Below, piece by piece: positions 17,800 through 27,905 of a stretch of 64,000 nucleotides of DNA. This DNA is from a virus. The notes beneath the pieces were generated by a model. The model worked only from the letters and a program-made list of their open reading frames with translations. It had not been told where the DNA came from and made no database searches. How positions within the stretch are numbered: the first letter of the stretch is position 1; each line of letters begins with the position of its first letter. A program made the position numbers and the translations under genes. The stretch lies in IMG/VR virus record IMGVR_UViG_3300012979_000037, positions 1 to 64,000 of that record; one strand, written 5' to 3'.

Positions 17800-18432
17800 A
17801 TGAGTACTACAAAATCAACAATTATAATTTCAATAGCTTTGGTGTTGATATTATGTTTTGCAGGATTTACAAGTTTGGATAAAAATCATAAAGATTATCC
17901 ATATCAAGTATATCGAGGTAATATTGAATTGAAGCTTCAGCAATCCAAAGGTCAATTGGTAGATGAAATTGATAAGTATATTAAGAATGTTGCTCCAAAT
18001 AGTATTTTAAATGCTAGGATTCTCCTCGAGATTTGTGAGGAGTATAATATAGATGTAAAATTTGTATTAGCACAAGGTCACATAGAGTCTCATTTTGGAA
18101 CAAAGGGAATGGCTTTAAAAACCAATTCAGTGTTTAATGTATTTGCTTATGATGGTAAAAATTATAGTCAAATATGTAAAAAAGGAAAATACTCTCATCC
18201 AGACCACTCAATAAGACCTTATTTGGAGTTACTTGCAAATGATTATATGGTTGAAGGAAAAAGCGAGTATGATCTCTTGGATGAATTTGTAAATAAAAAT
18301 GGAGATAGATATGCATCTGCATTGGATTATGAGAGGAAATTAAATAACACATTTATCAATATAAGTGATAGTACAAATATTGATGAGTTATATAAACAAT
18401 ATAGAAAATATCAAATGTTATCAGGAATATGA
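17800..18432 (+). CDS. peptidoglycan hydrolase, glucosaminidase (FlgJ/lysozyme-like) domain with N-terminal signal-anchor
   Basis: N-terminal TM, then LAQGHIESHFGTKGMALKTNSVFNVF resembling the glucosaminidase-domain motif (AQ..ES..G.S......NN.FG). Confidence 0.6.
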   Translation: MSTTKSTIIISIALVLILCFAGFTSLDKNHKDYPYQVYRGNIELKLQQSKGQLVDEIDKYIKNVAPNSILNARILLEICEEYNIDVKFVLAQGHIESHFGTKGMALKTNSVFNVFAYDGKNYSQICKKGKYSHPDHSIRPYLELLANDYMVEGKSEYDLLDEFVNKNGDRYASALDYERKLNNTFINISDSTNIDELYKQYRKYQMLSGI

Positions 18433-18761
18433 AACAAGAATTTGAGTTTATAATTCACACTAGTGATTGGAGAAAGACTAGCCAATTTATTTCTTGGGAG
18501 ATAATGGAGAAAGAAGGTCGAGGTTTTGCAAGACTCTATTATTTTTTAGATGAAAAAGGATATTTGCTTAGCGACCTATATGTAGATACTAAATATAGAA
18601 AACAAGGAATGGCAACTCAAATCATTAACACAGCTAAGGAGATAATGGGTGGGAGTAAGCATTTGGGTGTATTTGTGCATATGGATGCTCCGGATTGGAT
18701 CACAGCTTTCTACTTAAAAAATGATATGGTTGTATCATATGAAATGAATTTTAAAGAATAA
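18429..18761 (+). CDS. GNAT-family N-acetyltransferase (putative)
   Basis: Motif YVDTKYRKQGMATQIIN resembles the acetyl-CoA binding motif A (R/Q-x-x-G-x-A). Confidence 0.45.
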   Translation: MKQEFEFIIHTSDWRKTSQFISWEIMEKEGRGFARLYYFLDEKGYLLSDLYVDTKYRKQGMATQIINTAKEIMGGSKHLGVFVHMDAPDWITAFYLKNDMVVSYEMNFKE

Positions 18762-18772
18762 AGAATTTTAAT

Positions 18773-19057
18773 ATGGAAGATAATAAAGTTACTAACGAAT
18801 TAAAAGAACAACTACAATTATTTAATGAGCGTATGAATTCTAATGGATATTCAATCAATATGTCTTGGGGATTTTTAACTAGTTTAATCTTTATGATTTT
18901 AAAGTTAACAGACGTAATTGATTGGTCCTGGTGGGTTATTACAATGCCTTTGTGGTTACCTTATGCTCTAGTGATAGGTTTCTTTTTAATAATTATAGTT
19001 GCATATTTAGTATTAGTTCTAATTCAATCTATTTATGAAATAATTATTCGGCGATGA
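18773..19057 (+). CDS. holin-like small membrane protein
   Basis: 94 aa with two TM helices and a charged C-terminus (IIRR); adjacent to the endolysin-like gene. Confidence 0.4.
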   Translation: MEDNKVTNELKEQLQLFNERMNSNGYSINMSWGFLTSLIFMILKLTDVIDWSWWVITMPLWLPYALVIGFFLIIIVAYLVLVLIQSIYEIIIRR

Positions 19058-20055
19058 AAATATTACTTACAGACACACACTTTGGTGTGAAGCAGAACTC
19101 AATTACTTGGCTAAAAAGTCAATTGAGTTTTTTTTATAATCAATTAATTCCTTTTATCAAACAACAAAAGGAAAGAGTTTTAATATATCATTTAGGGGAC
19201 TTATTTGACTCTCGTTCCTCAATTAACCCATATATAGCAGATCAAGTAAGAAAACTCTTTATTGATTTATCATCTTTGGAGAACATATTAAACATTATCG
19301 TGATTGGGGGTAATCACGACTACTACTCTCCTAACGATCCTTCAACAAACTCAATTGATATTATATTGAGAAATATTGATAAGGTTGAACTGATCACAAA
19401 TGGAATTAACATGTACGAAGACGAGGATTTAAATGAGTTTGATGTATTTGTTCCTTGGAATGACTATTTTGATTTGGAAAATTTAGAATCTTGGATTTCT
19501 ATTAAAGGTGTTAAGAGAATATTTATACATAATGATTTGGATCAATTAGAGCCAGAATATAGAAAACTCTTTAATAAATATGATATAAATGTTTACAGCG
19601 GTCATATTCATATTCCAAAGATTTCAGGAAGATATTATAACTTAGGTTCATTATATGCTTTAAATTTTGCTGATGCTAATCAAAAAAGAGGTTTCTATTA
19701 TATGAATGATGATGGGGGTAACTTCACATTTATTCCAAATGAAGTCTCAATTAGATTTTATAGATTATATAATGAGGAGATCTTTAAAGATATTAATTAT
19801 GATGTAAATGATTATATTGAATTATACATAAATCAAGACAATCTTTCAAAAGAAAGGTATCAAAGTAGAATAAAAATATTTAATGATAATGTCAAAAATT
19901 TAAATATTATACCAATTTCTCGAGGAGAGATTTTTGAGAATAATTATGAAGGAGTCAATCAATATAGTATTGATGATATATGTAAAGAGATGATTCCAGA
20001 AAATCTAAAAGATAAGTTTAATATAATTATGGAAGAGTATAAAATGGGAAAATAA
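19054..20055 (+). CDS. SbcD/Mre11-type recombination endonuclease subunit (T4 gp47-like metallophosphoesterase)
   Basis: N-terminus MKILLTDTHFGVK parallels T4 gp47 MKILNLGDWHLGVK; phosphoesterase motifs HLGDLFD and GGNHD. Confidence 0.65.
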   Translation: MKILLTDTHFGVKQNSITWLKSQLSFFYNQLIPFIKQQKERVLIYHLGDLFDSRSSINPYIADQVRKLFIDLSSLENILNIIVIGGNHDYYSPNDPSTNSIDIILRNIDKVELITNGINMYEDEDLNEFDVFVPWNDYFDLENLESWISIKGVKRIFIHNDLDQLEPEYRKLFNKYDINVYSGHIHIPKISGRYYNLGSLYALNFADANQKRGFYYMNDDGGNFTFIPNEVSIRFYRLYNEEIFKDINYDVNDYIELYINQDNLSKERYQSRIKIFNDNVKNLNIIPISRGEIFENNYEGVNQYSIDDICKEMIPENLKDKFNIIMEEYKMGK

Positions 20056-20133
20056 AGTAATAAATTGATTGTCACAATCATTTAATTAGTTTTTATATGC
20101 ATTTTATTATATAAATAAATTAAAGGAAACAAT

Positions 20134-20376
20134 ATGAGTATTGAACAAAAAATAGTTCTCTATTTGGCCGATTTAGGTTTTATCACGGACGTTGTGGCTG
20201 CCGCAGCTGCATTAGAGCATCAAAATATTGCAGAGTGGATGATTACTGGAGATGGAGTTGAGGATGAAATTAAAGAAGGTATTGAAAGTGGAGAAATTGA
20301 AGTTGATGTTGATTGTGATCACGAAGCTCTTACAAATAAAGAAATTGAAGAAGTATTTACCAACGATTATGAGTGA
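20134..20376 (+). CDS. small acidic protein
   Basis: 80 aa, highly acidic C-terminal half; promoter-like AT box upstream. Confidence 0.4.
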   Translation: MSIEQKIVLYLADLGFITDVVAAAAALEHQNIAEWMITGDGVEDEIKEGIESGEIEVDVDCDHEALTNKEIEEVFTNDYE

Positions 20377-20391
20377 TAAAAAATAAATAAT

Positions 20392-20829
20392 ATGGATGAT
20401 AAAATTATAACATTAGAAAAATTAAAATATTTTAAAGATACTTTAATTGACGTTATATACCCAGTTGGTTCTATTTATATATCAGTAAATAGTGTAAATC
20501 CTAAAAATATAATGGGTGGTGAATGGGAACAAATAAAGGATAGATTTCTTTTGAGTGCTGGTAATACCTATGTAGCTGGAAGTACAGGTGGTGAAGCAAC
20601 ACATACTCTGACAACTCAAGAAATGCCACGACACAATCACATGTTTGCTTTGGCCGATCCTCAAGCAGGCACTTTAGGAGGTGAGTATACTTGTATTAAT
20701 AGAGACGCTTACGAGGTATATGATCATGGTTGGGCTGACACAACCATAGTGATGCATGCTGGTAAAAGTGTGGCTCACAACAACATGCCTCCTTATTTAA
20801 CAGTTTATATGTGGAAAAGAATAAGTTAA
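20392..20829 (+). CDS. phage tail-collar-domain protein (tail fibre-associated)
   Basis: Motif GGEATHTLTTQEMPRHNH matches the tail-collar signature (GG.E.HTLT..EMP.H.H); C-terminal ...HNNMPPYLTVYMWKRIS. Confidence 0.55.
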   Translation: MDDKIITLEKLKYFKDTLIDVIYPVGSIYISVNSVNPKNIMGGEWEQIKDRFLLSAGNTYVAGSTGGEATHTLTTQEMPRHNHMFALADPQAGTLGGEYTCINRDAYEVYDHGWADTTIVMHAGKSVAHNNMPPYLTVYMWKRIS

Positions 20830-20834
20830 AATTG

Positions 20835-21348
20835 ATGATTATGAAAATTGTAACAGTAAGTAATTTGCAAAGATTTTTAGATAACATTAAAAATTTATTT
20901 TGTTATCATAACGGGGGGGGAATTAATTGACATTGTATACCCAATTGGTTCTATTTATATTACAACAAATAATATTTCTCCAAAACAAATATTTAAAGTA
21001 GGTGAATGGGAACAAATAAAGGATAGATTTCTTTTAAGTGCTGGTGATACTTACAAATCCGGTACCATCGGAGGTGAATGTGAACATATATTAGTATCTA
21101 AAGAACTTCCTACAATAGAAGGTGAAATTATAATGCACCATGCTGCCATAGGAACTAATATTGCTAATGTTGGCGGTTGCTTTACTGGAGAATCTATTGT
21201 TAAAGGCAAATATAGACAGGGTGGAACTTTAATAGATGCAGATACTGAATCTGTTGGTAACATTAAATATAATAACGGAGGAGAAAACCAACCTCATAAC
21301 AACATGCCTCCTTACTTAACAGTTTATATGTGGAAAAGAATAAGTTAA
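20835..21348 (+). pseudogene. second tail-collar-domain paralog interrupted by a G8 homopolymer frameshift (possibly phase-variable)
   Basis: Reading from ATG 20835 stops at 20928-20930 just after GGGGGGGG (20913-20920). With G7 the frame continues into ...LIDIVYPIGSIYITTNNISP...HNNMPPYLTVYMWKRIS (track ORF 21133..21348). The 5' and 3' ends are near-identical to 20392..20829. Confidence 0.5.
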
Positions 21349-21382
21349 ATAAAAAAATAAATAAATAAAATAAATAAATATT

Positions 21383-22440
21383 ATGGCTGAAAATAAAATT
21401 AATACAAATGTATTCGACGCTGAGAAAAAATTCGTCGATTCGCTGGTCTAGATCATTTCTGGGAAAAAGCTAAAGGTTATGTAGATCGTGTAGACCAATC
21501 ATTATCACAACGTATTACAGCTAACGCAGATGCTATTGCTGGTTTAACAGGTGGTGAATCTTCTGTAGGAGCACAAGTTGCCGAAGCACTTGCCGAGGCT
21601 AAATCTTATGCAGATGGAAAAGATTCTGCAATGGATGCTCGTGTTGATGTATTAGAAGGACGTGATGTATATGTTGCTGCTGACGTAACATCTGCTATTA
21701 ATACCGCTGCTGCTGGTGCACTTTCTGATGCTAAAGAATACGTAGATGGAAAAGATTCTGCAATGGATGCTCGTGTAGTAAAACTTGAAGCAATTAACCA
21801 CGACAAACTTGCTGCTGATGCTTCTGCTGCTGCTGTTGCTACAGTTCTTGATGGTGCTCCTGAGAAGTTTGATACTCTTAAGGAAGTTGCTCAATGGATT
21901 GCTGATTCTGAATCTGCTGCTGATGCTGCTGATCTTGTAACTCGAGTTAAGGCTCTTGAGGATATTGATCATGATGCTTATAAGGCGGCAGATACTGCTC
22001 TAGAGACATCTCTTAAAGGTTATGTAGATGGTTTAGCTTCTAATTATGATGCTGCTGGTAGTGCAGCTACCGCTAAGTCTGAAGCTATCGCTGCTGCTGC
22101 TGCTGATGCTAAAGATAGAGCTGCTGCTGCTCAAGTTAATGCTGTTGAAGCGGCTGCCGCTGATGCTACTACTAAAGCTAATGCTGCTCAAGCTGCTGCT
22201 GAGGCAACTGCTGCTGCTGATGCTACTACAAAGGCAAACGATGCTCAAGCTGCTGCTATAGCTCAAGCAAAAGCTGATACTGCAGAGACTTTAAAATCAT
22301 ATTACACTAAATCAGAAACCGACAACTTATTATCAACAAATTCTGAGGGAGATCGTGCTTATGCAAAACAATATACCGATGAGTTGTTTAGTTCTATTAA
22401 GTTTGCAACAAATTCTGATATAGACAATTTATTTGCATAA
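21383..22440 (+). CDS. Ala-rich tail-fibre / fibritin-like protein; 5' end separated by a frameshift in an A6 tract
   Basis: ATG 21383 (MAENKINTNVFDAEKK) reaches a stop at 21446-21448, while the other frame is open from 21424 to 22440 with no start before Met 21631. One extra A in the run 21425-21430 fuses the two. The body has repeated DGKDSAMDARV and AAAA(D)ATTKANAAQAAA segments. Confidence 0.5.
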
Positions 22441-22463
22441 TGTAGTATTAAAAAGACATTATA

Positions 22464-22498
22464 AAAAGACCAATTCCTAAGAATTGGTCTTTTTTTTA
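22464..22498. terminator. rho-independent terminator (bidirectional hairpin)
   Basis: Sequence aaaaagaccaattcctaagaattggtcttttttttat lies between convergent genes. Confidence 0.6.
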
Positions 22499-22608
22499 TT
22501 TAAACATTATATATTTTAATTCTAACAAGAGATCTCTTATAAAATGTATATTTATATTATTTTGAAGGTTGAACTTGTTAAATCGAAGATTTTCATTCAA
22601 TCGAAGAT

Positions 22609-23121
22609 TTATAAAAAATACATAAAATCATCTATTTTCTTCATATTATATTTTTTAGTAAACTCTCTTATCCATTTTAGATATTTAGCTTTGGTTTTAA
22701 ACATAATCTCAATAAACCCATTGTCCTTACCAAACCATTCTTGAAATAATATGAGGTTAGAATCTTTATTGAATTCTTCATATTTTTTTTGCGTGTTAAT
22801 AAATGTTGAACTATTCTCTTTCATATAGTTTTTGCCAACTGTAATTAAGCATTCAGCATACCCGTCTATTTCAACTCCCAGAGAATATCTAAACGCTGCT
22901 AAATATAAATGATCATTCATAGGAATATTATCCATTACCTTATATTGATCAAATATTTTTTGTATTTCAAGAATAGAACCTGTATATGCAATTTTACCAT
23001 TATTTATATAGTCATATTTAATCATTAAGAATGGATTTTGGGTGTCTTTAATAGATCTACCAATCAATTCCTCTTCATCATCTAAAAGAGATTCTATTAT
23101 ATAGTCATTTAGTGTTTTCAT
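22609..23121 (-). CDS. ILDDE-leader family protein (long leader MKTLNDYIIESLLDDEEELIGRSIKDTQNPF)
   Basis: Conserved N-terminal ~30 aa shared with at least 18 other ORFs in the window; unrelated C-terminal domain. Confidence 0.6.
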   Translation of the reverse strand: MKTLNDYIIESLLDDEEELIGRSIKDTQNPFLMIKYDYINNGKIAYTGSILEIQKIFDQYKVMDNIPMNDHLYLAAFRYSLGVEIDGYAECLITVGKNYMKENSSTFINTQKKYEEFNKDSNLILFQEWFGKDNGFIEIMFKTKAKYLKWIREFTKKYNMKKIDDFMYFL

Positions 23122-23633
23122 AATATAACATTATCTTGTATTACAAAAAACCCCCACTCTGAAGTTTTAAATGTTGAATATTCAATTTTAAATATTTTCT
23201 TTATATCGTTTTTAATCTTGCTAAAATTTTTAATGTAATTTTTATGTAAATTTTTACTTATATTTTTAATAATATCTGGCTTTTTTAAACACAAATGTAA
23301 TTCATTAAATTCGGACATATGTGTTATATTCATTATATTATTACCATCTTTATCCATTAACTTAACTGTACGAGTTAAAGGATTCTTTATATAATCCTGA
23401 CTCTTAACTCCACCAACTTCCCAATAAAGACCGTCATCGAATTTAAAAAATTCTCTTACTAAATTAAGAAATTTTTTATCTTTATCTAATTGATCTTGTA
23501 AATCATATTTATCATTTATTTTTTTTATTGTATAATTATTAATAAAATAAGTAACTGGATTATTAATATCCTTATAAATATTTCTTACTAAAACATCTTC
23601 ATCGTCTAATATTGATTCATATAGTGTTTTCAT
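23118..23633 (-). CDS. ILDDE-leader family protein (MKTLYESILDDEDVLVRNIYKDINNP)
   Basis: Family leader; ATGA overlap with the downstream member. Confidence 0.6.
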   Translation of the reverse strand: MKTLYESILDDEDVLVRNIYKDINNPVTYFINNYTIKKINDKYDLQDQLDKDKKFLNLVREFFKFDDGLYWEVGGVKSQDYIKNPLTRTVKLMDKDGNNIMNITHMSEFNELHLCLKKPDIIKNISKNLHKNYIKNFSKIKNDIKKIFKIEYSTFKTSEWGFFVIQDNVIL

Positions 23634-23643
23634 ATATTTTATA

Positions 23644-25272
23644 TTATTTTACATCATATCCGTGTCCTGAGTTAATAGGACGAGCTAGATCATTTATTAC
23701 ACAATTTTCATGAGTTGTTGTATATTTAATCATTTCCTTCAAACACTCCTCATTTTCCAATGCTTTATTATATAATTTAATATTTGAAAGGAATAAAGGA
23801 TAAGCGTGAGCTTGACAATTCATTTTACCTTCTACTATATAATCATTATTATAAGATGTTAATAATTGACATATTGGATTTTCAACATCAAAATAATACA
23901 TCTCAGGTCTTAACTTATATACTGGAATATTCATATCGTGAGTATATTTATATATAATTAACTCACTACTAAAGGTACTTCTATTCCACTTACATATTAC
24001 CATATAAGTTGTAAATGAATCCAATTCTTGAGTCATATTATTAAACTCTAATGTAAACTTCTCTCTACTACTATCATAATTAACATTAATTGAAATGGTA
24101 CCGAATTGTAAAACCTCTTTGCTAATATTACCTCCTAATGTTCCTTGTGTTTCCAATAAGAACATTAAAGTACCATTTTCACCACAATATCCTTTTTGAT
24201 AAGTAACACAAGCATTTTTATTTTTAAACTTATAGAGATTTCTCGCTATAACATTACTCTTGTGATTATATTGTTTATTTACAATAGCAATATCATTTTT
24301 TGTATATTGTTTTCTTACATTATCTTCCATAAAAATATCAAATAAATTTGTTGCAGCAAATGTTGGAGCACTTAATGGTGAAGCACCTACTTCTCTTTCT
24401 TGCTCATTTCTTTCTAATTTTCCAAAGGTATCTTCATAATTATTTACAATCCAAGTGTCTATAATACTATCAAAATTACCTTTATCAATATTGGTTTTAT
24501 CATTATATTTTACTAGTGCTAATTTCCAAGTAACTGGAGTCCACATAAATCCTTCATTTTTCTCATCATATGCACTATTTACCTCATACATTCTCTTTAA
24601 GAGTGGTACATAAATTAAATCCCTTTGTTTTGGAAAAATGGTATCACCAAAAGCCTGAGCAAATTGTTGTTTACCAACTTCTACTTCCCAATCATTTTCC
24701 CAATCAAAATCAAACTCTGTAAATTTCGGATTGGAGCTTGGTAATTGTCCATCTTGTAACATTAATTTAATTTGCTTAATATCTACCACGTCGTGAAGTG
24801 AAAATTCCTTAAAGGTATAATCAACACTTTCTTGTTTTGGTTGTACTCTTAAATAATATATTGGAATACCAAACATACATATTATGGAATTAGATGTTTG
24901 TTGATATAACTCCAAAGCACAATCTAAATTGGAATATGGATTGAATAATTGTTCTTCTCCACAAAAATTGTGTAAAAAGGTATCACTTGAGTCAATGCAA
25001 ATATCATAGCAGGTTGTAAACATACCGTGAAGTGAAATCTTATTAAAGATTCCAGGTATGCGAACTCTCAAGTAAAAATCACTTTCAATATTTTTACATA
25101 TTCTATTATATTCATCATAATTAACCCAACAAGTCCAACAAACTCTATCTCCAGACCAACTAAATTCACATAATTGTGTAATGTCTTGATTTAAATTGTT
25201 ATAGACTACTACTGGTCCATACACAACAGCTTCACTAAAGGTTAATATATGTTTTAATAAGGTACAACTCAT
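23644..25272 (-). CDS. large hypothetical protein (542 aa) embedded in the leader-family array
   Basis: Long ORF with no family leader and no recognisable motif. Confidence 0.55.
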   Translation of the reverse strand: MSCTLLKHILTFSEAVVYGPVVVYNNLNQDITQLCEFSWSGDRVCWTCWVNYDEYNRICKNIESDFYLRVRIPGIFNKISLHGMFTTCYDICIDSSDTFLHNFCGEEQLFNPYSNLDCALELYQQTSNSIICMFGIPIYYLRVQPKQESVDYTFKEFSLHDVVDIKQIKLMLQDGQLPSSNPKFTEFDFDWENDWEVEVGKQQFAQAFGDTIFPKQRDLIYVPLLKRMYEVNSAYDEKNEGFMWTPVTWKLALVKYNDKTNIDKGNFDSIIDTWIVNNYEDTFGKLERNEQEREVGASPLSAPTFAATNLFDIFMEDNVRKQYTKNDIAIVNKQYNHKSNVIARNLYKFKNKNACVTYQKGYCGENGTLMFLLETQGTLGGNISKEVLQFGTISINVNYDSSREKFTLEFNNMTQELDSFTTYMVICKWNRSTFSSELIIYKYTHDMNIPVYKLRPEMYYFDVENPICQLLTSYNNDYIVEGKMNCQAHAYPLFLSNIKLYNKALENEECLKEMIKYTTTHENCVINDLARPINSGHGYDVK

Positions 25273-25280
25273 AATACTAT

Positions 25281-25787
25281 TTATATTTGCAATTTATTTT
25301 CTTGTATTTTGCCAGAACCTGTTTTTGAATATTCAGCACCCATATCTAGTAAGTATTGTTTAAACTTTAACAACTCCGTGGGTTTTACATTCTTTCTAGC
25401 AGTTTTAGATAGTTGATTAATGTCTGCAATTTCTATATGTACATATTCTTTATCACCCCATAACATAAATGATAATGCTGGTTTTGGAGGATACTTAGTT
25501 CTTTCCTTTGTATCTTTTAATATACAGTATACACTTTTACCAGAAGCCCCCGAGTATTTACCACAAAGCCATTTCATTCTACCATCAAATTTATAGAATA
25601 ATTTAGATACCTCTTTTTCTACCATATCTTGATTGATTATTCTCTCCAATTCCTCCTCACTAGCATCATTTAACATAGCTCTCTTTAAAGTGAGTAACCA
25701 GTTTTTAGATATTTCTTTTGCTTTATCAATCAATACATCCTCATCATCTAAAAGAGATTCTTTTATATAGTCATTTAGAGTTTTCAT
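25281..25787 (-). CDS. ILDDE-leader family protein (MKTLNDYIKESLLDDEDVLIDKAK)
   Basis: Family leader. Confidence 0.6.
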   Translation of the reverse strand: MKTLNDYIKESLLDDEDVLIDKAKEISKNWLLTLKRAMLNDASEEELERIINQDMVEKEVSKLFYKFDGRMKWLCGKYSGASGKSVYCILKDTKERTKYPPKPALSFMLWGDKEYVHIEIADINQLSKTARKNVKPTELLKFKQYLLDMGAEYSKTGSGKIQENKLQI

Positions 25788-25793
25788 ATCAAT

Positions 25794-26021
25794 CTAGTCT
25801 GCTTTCGTATAAACTTTATTATCTTCAATTTTAACAATCTTAAACACTGTGCCTCCAGCGTACCATCCTTTACCTACTTGAGGTTTCTTTTTCCACTCCT
25901 TAGCCCATTCTGTAAAGTGATTATCCAATTTATCATCAACGTAAACCAACCAAGGTTCTCCATTATCGGCTTTAACAGCTTCTAATATATATTCACTTAA
26001 ATTTTTCATATTTATGTCCAA
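25794..26021 (-). CDS. hypothetical protein (no leader)
   Basis: 75-aa ORF within the array; overlaps the next gene start by 10 nt. Confidence 0.4.
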   Translation of the reverse strand: MDINMKNLSEYILEAVKADNGEPWLVYVDDKLDNHFTEWAKEWKKKPQVGKGWYAGGTVFKIVKIEDNKVYTKAD

Positions 26022-26827
26022 TTTTTAAATCTATACCACTTACCGTCACTATGTTTAATTAATTGCGAGTTTTGTGTATATTGTATATTTTTAAGATTTT
26101 TAATATCATTATTCTTACCAAAGTATGTATTTATAACTTCGAGACCTTCCTCAGTAACTGGATTTTCAAATTTGTTTTTATATTTATTCATTGGAGCCTT
26201 TCTAGCAATAGCTTTTGAGAAGGAATCTCCAAAGTTAAAATCATTTACAAAATCAATACGCTCAACACCCTTTAATTCAAACATTTTGGAAAAATCATTA
26301 TAATCTCTATCAGCATGTATTCCTAACGATCTTATATGAAGCTCTTTTATAATTCTACCCTTAAAGTCTAACTTCATCTTTTCTATACCTTTAGTGGCTG
26401 AATATATATTTACCCAACATCCATTACAAGTCATTTTTAGTTCTGGGAAGTAATCTAAATTTACTTTAATATTTAAATAACGCACTTGCTCAGGTAATCC
26501 TCTAAATGATTTAATACTAATTTTTTTATTAGAATACATTCCTTGAAGTTTAGGTTCTCCAATTGTCACATCAAGATTTTCTTGGCTAGCAAACTTAATA
26601 TATTTTGGTAATTCATCATAATCTTCGTATGTTAAATACAGACGATATGCCAAATTAATCGGTTCAATTTCTTTTTTTGAATTTATCTTAAAATTACCAT
26701 TATATATTTTGTGCTCTTTACACCATTCTTCTATAATATTGATCTCTGAGTCTTCTATGGAACGACCGATCAACTCTTCTTCATCATCTAATAGTGATTC
26801 TCTTATATATTCATTTAATGCTTTCAT
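26012..26827 (-). CDS. ILDDE-leader family protein (MKALNEYIRESLLDDEEELIGRSIED)
   Basis: Family leader; 271 aa. Confidence 0.6.
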   Translation of the reverse strand: MKALNEYIRESLLDDEEELIGRSIEDSEINIIEEWCKEHKIYNGNFKINSKKEIEPINLAYRLYLTYEDYDELPKYIKFASQENLDVTIGEPKLQGMYSNKKISIKSFRGLPEQVRYLNIKVNLDYFPELKMTCNGCWVNIYSATKGIEKMKLDFKGRIIKELHIRSLGIHADRDYNDFSKMFELKGVERIDFVNDFNFGDSFSKAIARKAPMNKYKNKFENPVTEEGLEVINTYFGKNNDIKNLKNIQYTQNSQLIKHSDGKWYRFKNWT

Positions 26828-26923
26828 ATCTATATAATAATAAAAAAGAGAAGATATCTAAAAGACATCTCCTCATAAAATTCATCTAAATATTATTTAT
26901 AGTTTCTTTTCGTATTCAACTAT

Positions 26924-27415
26924 TTATTCAATCACCCAAAATTCATTAAATCCTTCTTTATACTTTGGGTGTTTTTTAAATTTATATTTTTTTACAAATT
27001 TATTAATTTCTTTCTTTCTTTCTTTATCATCCCAATTTGGTATGTTTTTATCATATGTATTTACTGTTAAAAAAACTCTATATTTTGATTCATCCCAATA
27101 TTTTGATTTTTTTGGAAATGAAAAACTAAAGAGTTCTTTTTTAGGAGTCCACCTCATTCCTTCTTCCGGACAATCTCTAAATATGTAGATAAGCTCAGGA
27201 TGATTGTATGATAATGATGTATATATAGTACTATCTTTTGGAATATCAATTTGTTTTAAAATAGACCTAAATTCTTTATCCCATTCAAGATTACCTGGTT
27301 CACAATTTTTCTCTTTACATATATTATAGAGTTTAATAATAGGATTAGAATCATCAATAGATTTATCTATTAAAACCTCTTCATCGTCTAATATTGATTC
27401 ATATAGTGTTTTCAT
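26924..27415 (-). CDS. ILDDE-leader family protein (MKTLYESILDDEEVLIDKSIDD)
   Basis: Track ORF extends to 27439; the leader Met at 27415 fits the family start. Confidence 0.55.
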   Translation of the reverse strand: MKTLYESILDDEEVLIDKSIDDSNPIIKLYNICKEKNCEPGNLEWDKEFRSILKQIDIPKDSTIYTSLSYNHPELIYIFRDCPEEGMRWTPKKELFSFSFPKKSKYWDESKYRVFLTVNTYDKNIPNWDDKERKKEINKFVKKYKFKKHPKYKEGFNEFWVIE

Positions 27416-27416
27416 A

Positions 27417-27905
27417 TTATATTTTTTTATTATACACATTGTACGATCCCATTTTGTCTAGCGACCAAGTTGATTTCTTAAACCCTCTTTTTCTAATATG
27501 AGATAGTGTCTTTTTATATTTATCGTATTCAAAAATGTTTGACACTTGCCCATACTTGCTTAATTTTTTAATTTCAATATCGAATGTTTTTGATTTTATT
27601 CTATAGCGAATAATAAATAGATGAATTTCAAAATCTTTATTGCATAATGAAGCACTTGCAATAGAATCTGTATATGTATTTACTATCCAATAATGATCTT
27701 TTGGATCTAAATATAATTCATTTTTAATAAACTCATCAAAAACTCCACCACTAATAAATTTTTGAAAATCATCCCTGCTCATTCCTGAATCTATAGCAGC
27801 AATCACCGCCGTGAAAGGATCATTAAAAGCATCTTTTGCTCTACCTATCAATTCATCTTCATCGTCTAATATAGATTCTCTTATATAATCATTTAGTGTT
27901 TTCAT
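27417..27905 (-). CDS. ILDDE-leader family protein (MKTLNDYIRESILDDEDELIGRAKDAFNDPF)
   Basis: Family leader. Confidence 0.6.
   Translation of the reverse strand: MKTLNDYIRESILDDEDELIGRAKDAFNDPFTAVIAAIDSGMSRDDFQKFISGGVFDEFIKNELYLDPKDHYWIVNTYTDSIASASLCNKDFEIHLFIIRYRIKSKTFDIEIKKLSKYGQVSNIFEYDKYKKTLSHIRKRGFKKSTWSLDKMGSYNVYNKKI

Noticed and set aside
22046-22261. Leu-rich 71-aa + strand ORF, and minus-strand Ser-rich ORFs (21606..22266), overlapping the tail-fibre-like gene
   Set aside because: These are alternative-frame and antisense readings of the GCT/GCA-rich Ala repeat region. The Ala-rich frame (21631..22440) is the coherent one.
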